Origin: an uncultured Gemmatimonadales bacterium
GTDB taxonomy: Bacteria; Gemmatimonadota; Gemmatimonadetes; Gemmatimonadales; GWC2-71-9
NCBI GenBank assembly: GCA_963821385.1
Contig: CAWGDK010000005.1
Location: 488,907 to 552,906 of the forward strand
DNA: 64,000 nt
Reading direction: 5' to 3'
Part shown: positions 62,184 through 64,000 of the stretch, piece by piece
Layout: each line of letters starts with the position of its first letter
How positions within the stretch are numbered: position 1 is the first letter of the stretch
The notes under the pieces: generated by a model
The model's database searches: none
What the model saw: only the letters and a program-made list of their open reading frames with translations
What the model was told of the DNA's origin: nothing
Program-made: the position numbers and the translations under genes

Positions 62184-63641
62184 TCAACCGGTGTTTATAG
62201 TGACGGATTCTTGATACCCACCTTCCGTCGTTCGCTCGTATGTCGTAATCAACCCCAGGGCATTGAGTTGCTGACCGAGAAAGAGGGCAAACGACCAGGG
62301 TCCATAGAGAACTAGGTGGACCCGTGACGCTGAGTACCGCTCCTTGCTATCTCGAATCACAAGTTTGGCTGATCGCGCGAGCGCCACCAGGTCACCTGCA
62401 CTGCCGATACTGGTTGGACCCGTCCCACCTTCAGGCTCCGCATAGACCAGCGCGGTCGCGTGGAGGGAAGACTTCAGTTGTTCCATTTCACTCAGTCCAT
62501 GACCAGTTATCGAGAGACCGATCACGATGTCCTTACCCGGCCCACCGCTTTTCTCTCGCGATCACGAACACTTTTTGAGATCCAGGAGCATCGGAACGCC
62601 ACAGATGCGTCTCACCACCAGTCGGCTGCTCGGCTCGAAGTCGAAAGCCAGCTACTTCTGGAAGCGCAAACCCGACAGCGATCGCCGCACTGAGTGGCAG
62701 CTTACCGCGCACGTCGACGTACTTCCCGTTCGACAGAGATCCCAAGCGCTCGCGCGCAGATCGTCATCTTGGCAATAGGTCACCAGCCCATACTTCCGGT
62801 GACGCAACAGCCGGTCTCTGGGTCAAAGAAGTTGGTCCAATCCAGCTCGACCGTCGGTGCAACATCGTACCCCTGGCGGGTCCATCCATGTATCACGAGG
62901 CGAACCTCAGGTGCCTCCGATGGCTGCGCCCATAGCCCGCGGCGATCGATGATTCCAACCAACACTTCTCGCGTGATGACCTTCGCATCGCCGCCTCGCT
63001 GGATCCTCCCGCTAATCTCGTCGAGAGCAGCTGCGCGCGCGTTTTCACCCATGCGGAGATCTAGGCGTCTGCCATGCGATCGTCTACGCGCTCATACAGC
63101 CGCTCTAAAGGGTAGTATCCGAGCTCAAGTCGAAGGTCGCGACAGAAAGCATCGAGTTCTATCGGTGTTGCACCCAACACCTCGCGCCAACGGCGACGAG
63201 CAGCGTCTACCGAACGCGTCGTGAAAAACTCATCCGTTAGACGCCCTTCGAGATCGCTGATATAGGCTCCCAAGTCCGGACTGGGCGCCGGGGAATAGTT
63301 GCTGACAAGCAAACTTCAACTGGAGCAGCACCGCGCAATAACTTCCAGCTGTCAAAGAGTTTCTTAAGGAGCAGACTCGTTCCAGCACTGATGGTGACGA
63401 GGGATTCGAAGCTGTACTGATCACGGTAGTCAGTATGCCACTTGACTTGCACATAGCGGGCAGGAGCCTGGGAGTCCTTCCGCGGATGAAAAGTGATGTC
63501 GTCAGTGGAGCCCGCCTTCGGGTGTTCGAGCACAGCAGATTCGTACGAACTCCCAGGATCCAGCAGGCGCAGAAGTTCAAACCAACTGTATAGATGCTGA
63601 TAGTCGTCCCCGCCGAGACGAGAGGCACTCTGCTCAGCCAT
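62184..63641 (-). pseudogene. Cap4-like effector: N-terminal DUF4297-type PD-(D/E)xK dsDNA nuclease + C-terminal SAVED sensor domain; at least 4 frame disruptions
   Basis: ORF 63237..63641 (RLGGDDYQHLYSWFELLRLL; STDDITF...YVQVKWH, i.e. D...QxK). ORFs 63061..63312, 62780..63052 and 62533..62745 (YVDVRGKLPLSAAIAVGFALPEVAGFRLRAEQ). ORF 62184..62525 (RVHLVLYGPWSFALFLGQQLNALGLITTYE). The two CARF-like lobes are typical of SAVED. Confidence 0.7.
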
Positions 63642-64000
63642 GACTGCGTACCGGTCTCCGTGTCTGCCTTGCCTTGGACGGCTGAGGCAACGGGCCAGAA
63701 TCTGTCAGTTCCAAAGGGTGCGAACGATTGCGAACCCATTCGTGCGCATCAATTACATAATTCCCGACATTTTCCCTGCGCACGATTACCAACAATGGAG
63801 CATGAACATCGCCGCTGCTCGCACTCTGCTTGAGTGTTCGTATGTCTAGGGGACTCGCGGCAGTATTCGCGGGATGGGATCTGCCAATCTGCCAGGTAAC
63901 CCACCCGGTAGTCAGATTCGCGGATGGCCTCGACCGCAAGGGCACGTTTCTCCGGCGGGCAGAACATAGCTCGAGTGGTTCCGCGCCTTGGAAGGAATCT
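63634..64000 (-). CDS. unknown protein, C-terminal part only (runs off the right edge), translationally coupled to the nuclease-SAVED gene; probably one frame disruption near 63850
   Basis: ORFs 63749..63967 (...EKRALAVEAIRESDYRVGYLADWQIPSREYCRESP) and 63634..63945 (...PLDIRTLKQSASSGDVHAPLLVIVRRENVGNYVIDAHEWVRNRSHPLE...). The stop overlaps the downstream ATG (ATGGCTGA). No family recognised. Confidence 0.4.
   Translation of the reverse strand, partial: DSFQGAEPLELCSARRRNVPLRSRPSANLTTGWVTWQIGRSHPANTAASPLDIRTLKQSASSGDVHAPLLVIVRRENVGNYVIDAHEWVRNRSHPLELTDSGPLPQPSKARQTRRPVRSHG

Overview
This is a 64-kb window of a very GC-rich bacterial chromosome (roughly 68-70% GC by eye). The gene content suggests a soil Gemmatimonadota- or Acidobacteriota-like organism, but that is inference only. 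I support about 60 protein-coding loci and saw no rRNA, tRNA or CRISPR array.

Main blocks, left to right:
- 1-5 kb: housekeeping and accessory genes, including GlxA/AraC, an M13 peptidase and VOC proteins.
- 6-12.8 kb: a translationally coupled minus-strand operon encoding a secreted protein, a Hanks kinase, an S1 protease fused to a beta-barrel, a BIG2/RCC1 lipoprotein and an SGNH hydrolase.
- 12.8-16.2 kb: a second kinase operon.
- 16.4-19.8 kb: a 1018-aa S1 protease with five CARDB repeats, followed by a stand-alone prodomain paralogue.
- 21-25 kb: an MFS transporter and a UPF0182 protein.
- 25.2-31.5 kb: a GltD-like / PFOR / DHOD-like oxidoreductase operon.
- 31.5-37.4 kb: genes separated by five clusters of a palindromic repeat family linked to a GIY-YIG nuclease gene.
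- 37.5-48.4 kb: a divergent signalling supercluster. It holds an STK-TolB kinase, two STAS proteins, an RsbW-like kinase, an ECF sigma factor, an anti-sigma factor with 25 nonapeptide repeats, an HExxH-propeller-barrel protein, PrsW and a receiver-PP2C phosphatase.
- 48.4-58.7 kb: retropepsin-like fragments and a 10-kb-distant duplicate, a tandem USP, a P-type ATPase, a 21/63-bp tandem-repeat array in front of a DinB gene, and a TetR/hydrolase pair with matching palindromic operators.
- 59.3-64 kb: an island of much lower GC (about 50-55% by eye) carrying a TIGR04141/DUF6119-like protein, an unknown 386-aa protein, a DUF4297-nuclease/SAVED (Cap4-like) protein with no visible CD-NTase, and a coupled unknown upstream gene.

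The low-GC island is my best candidate for an undescribed system.

A striking global feature is that many genes need frameshifts or a stop read-through to be reconstructed, while neighbouring long genes are perfectly intact. All domain calls rest on my own reading of motifs. No searches were run.
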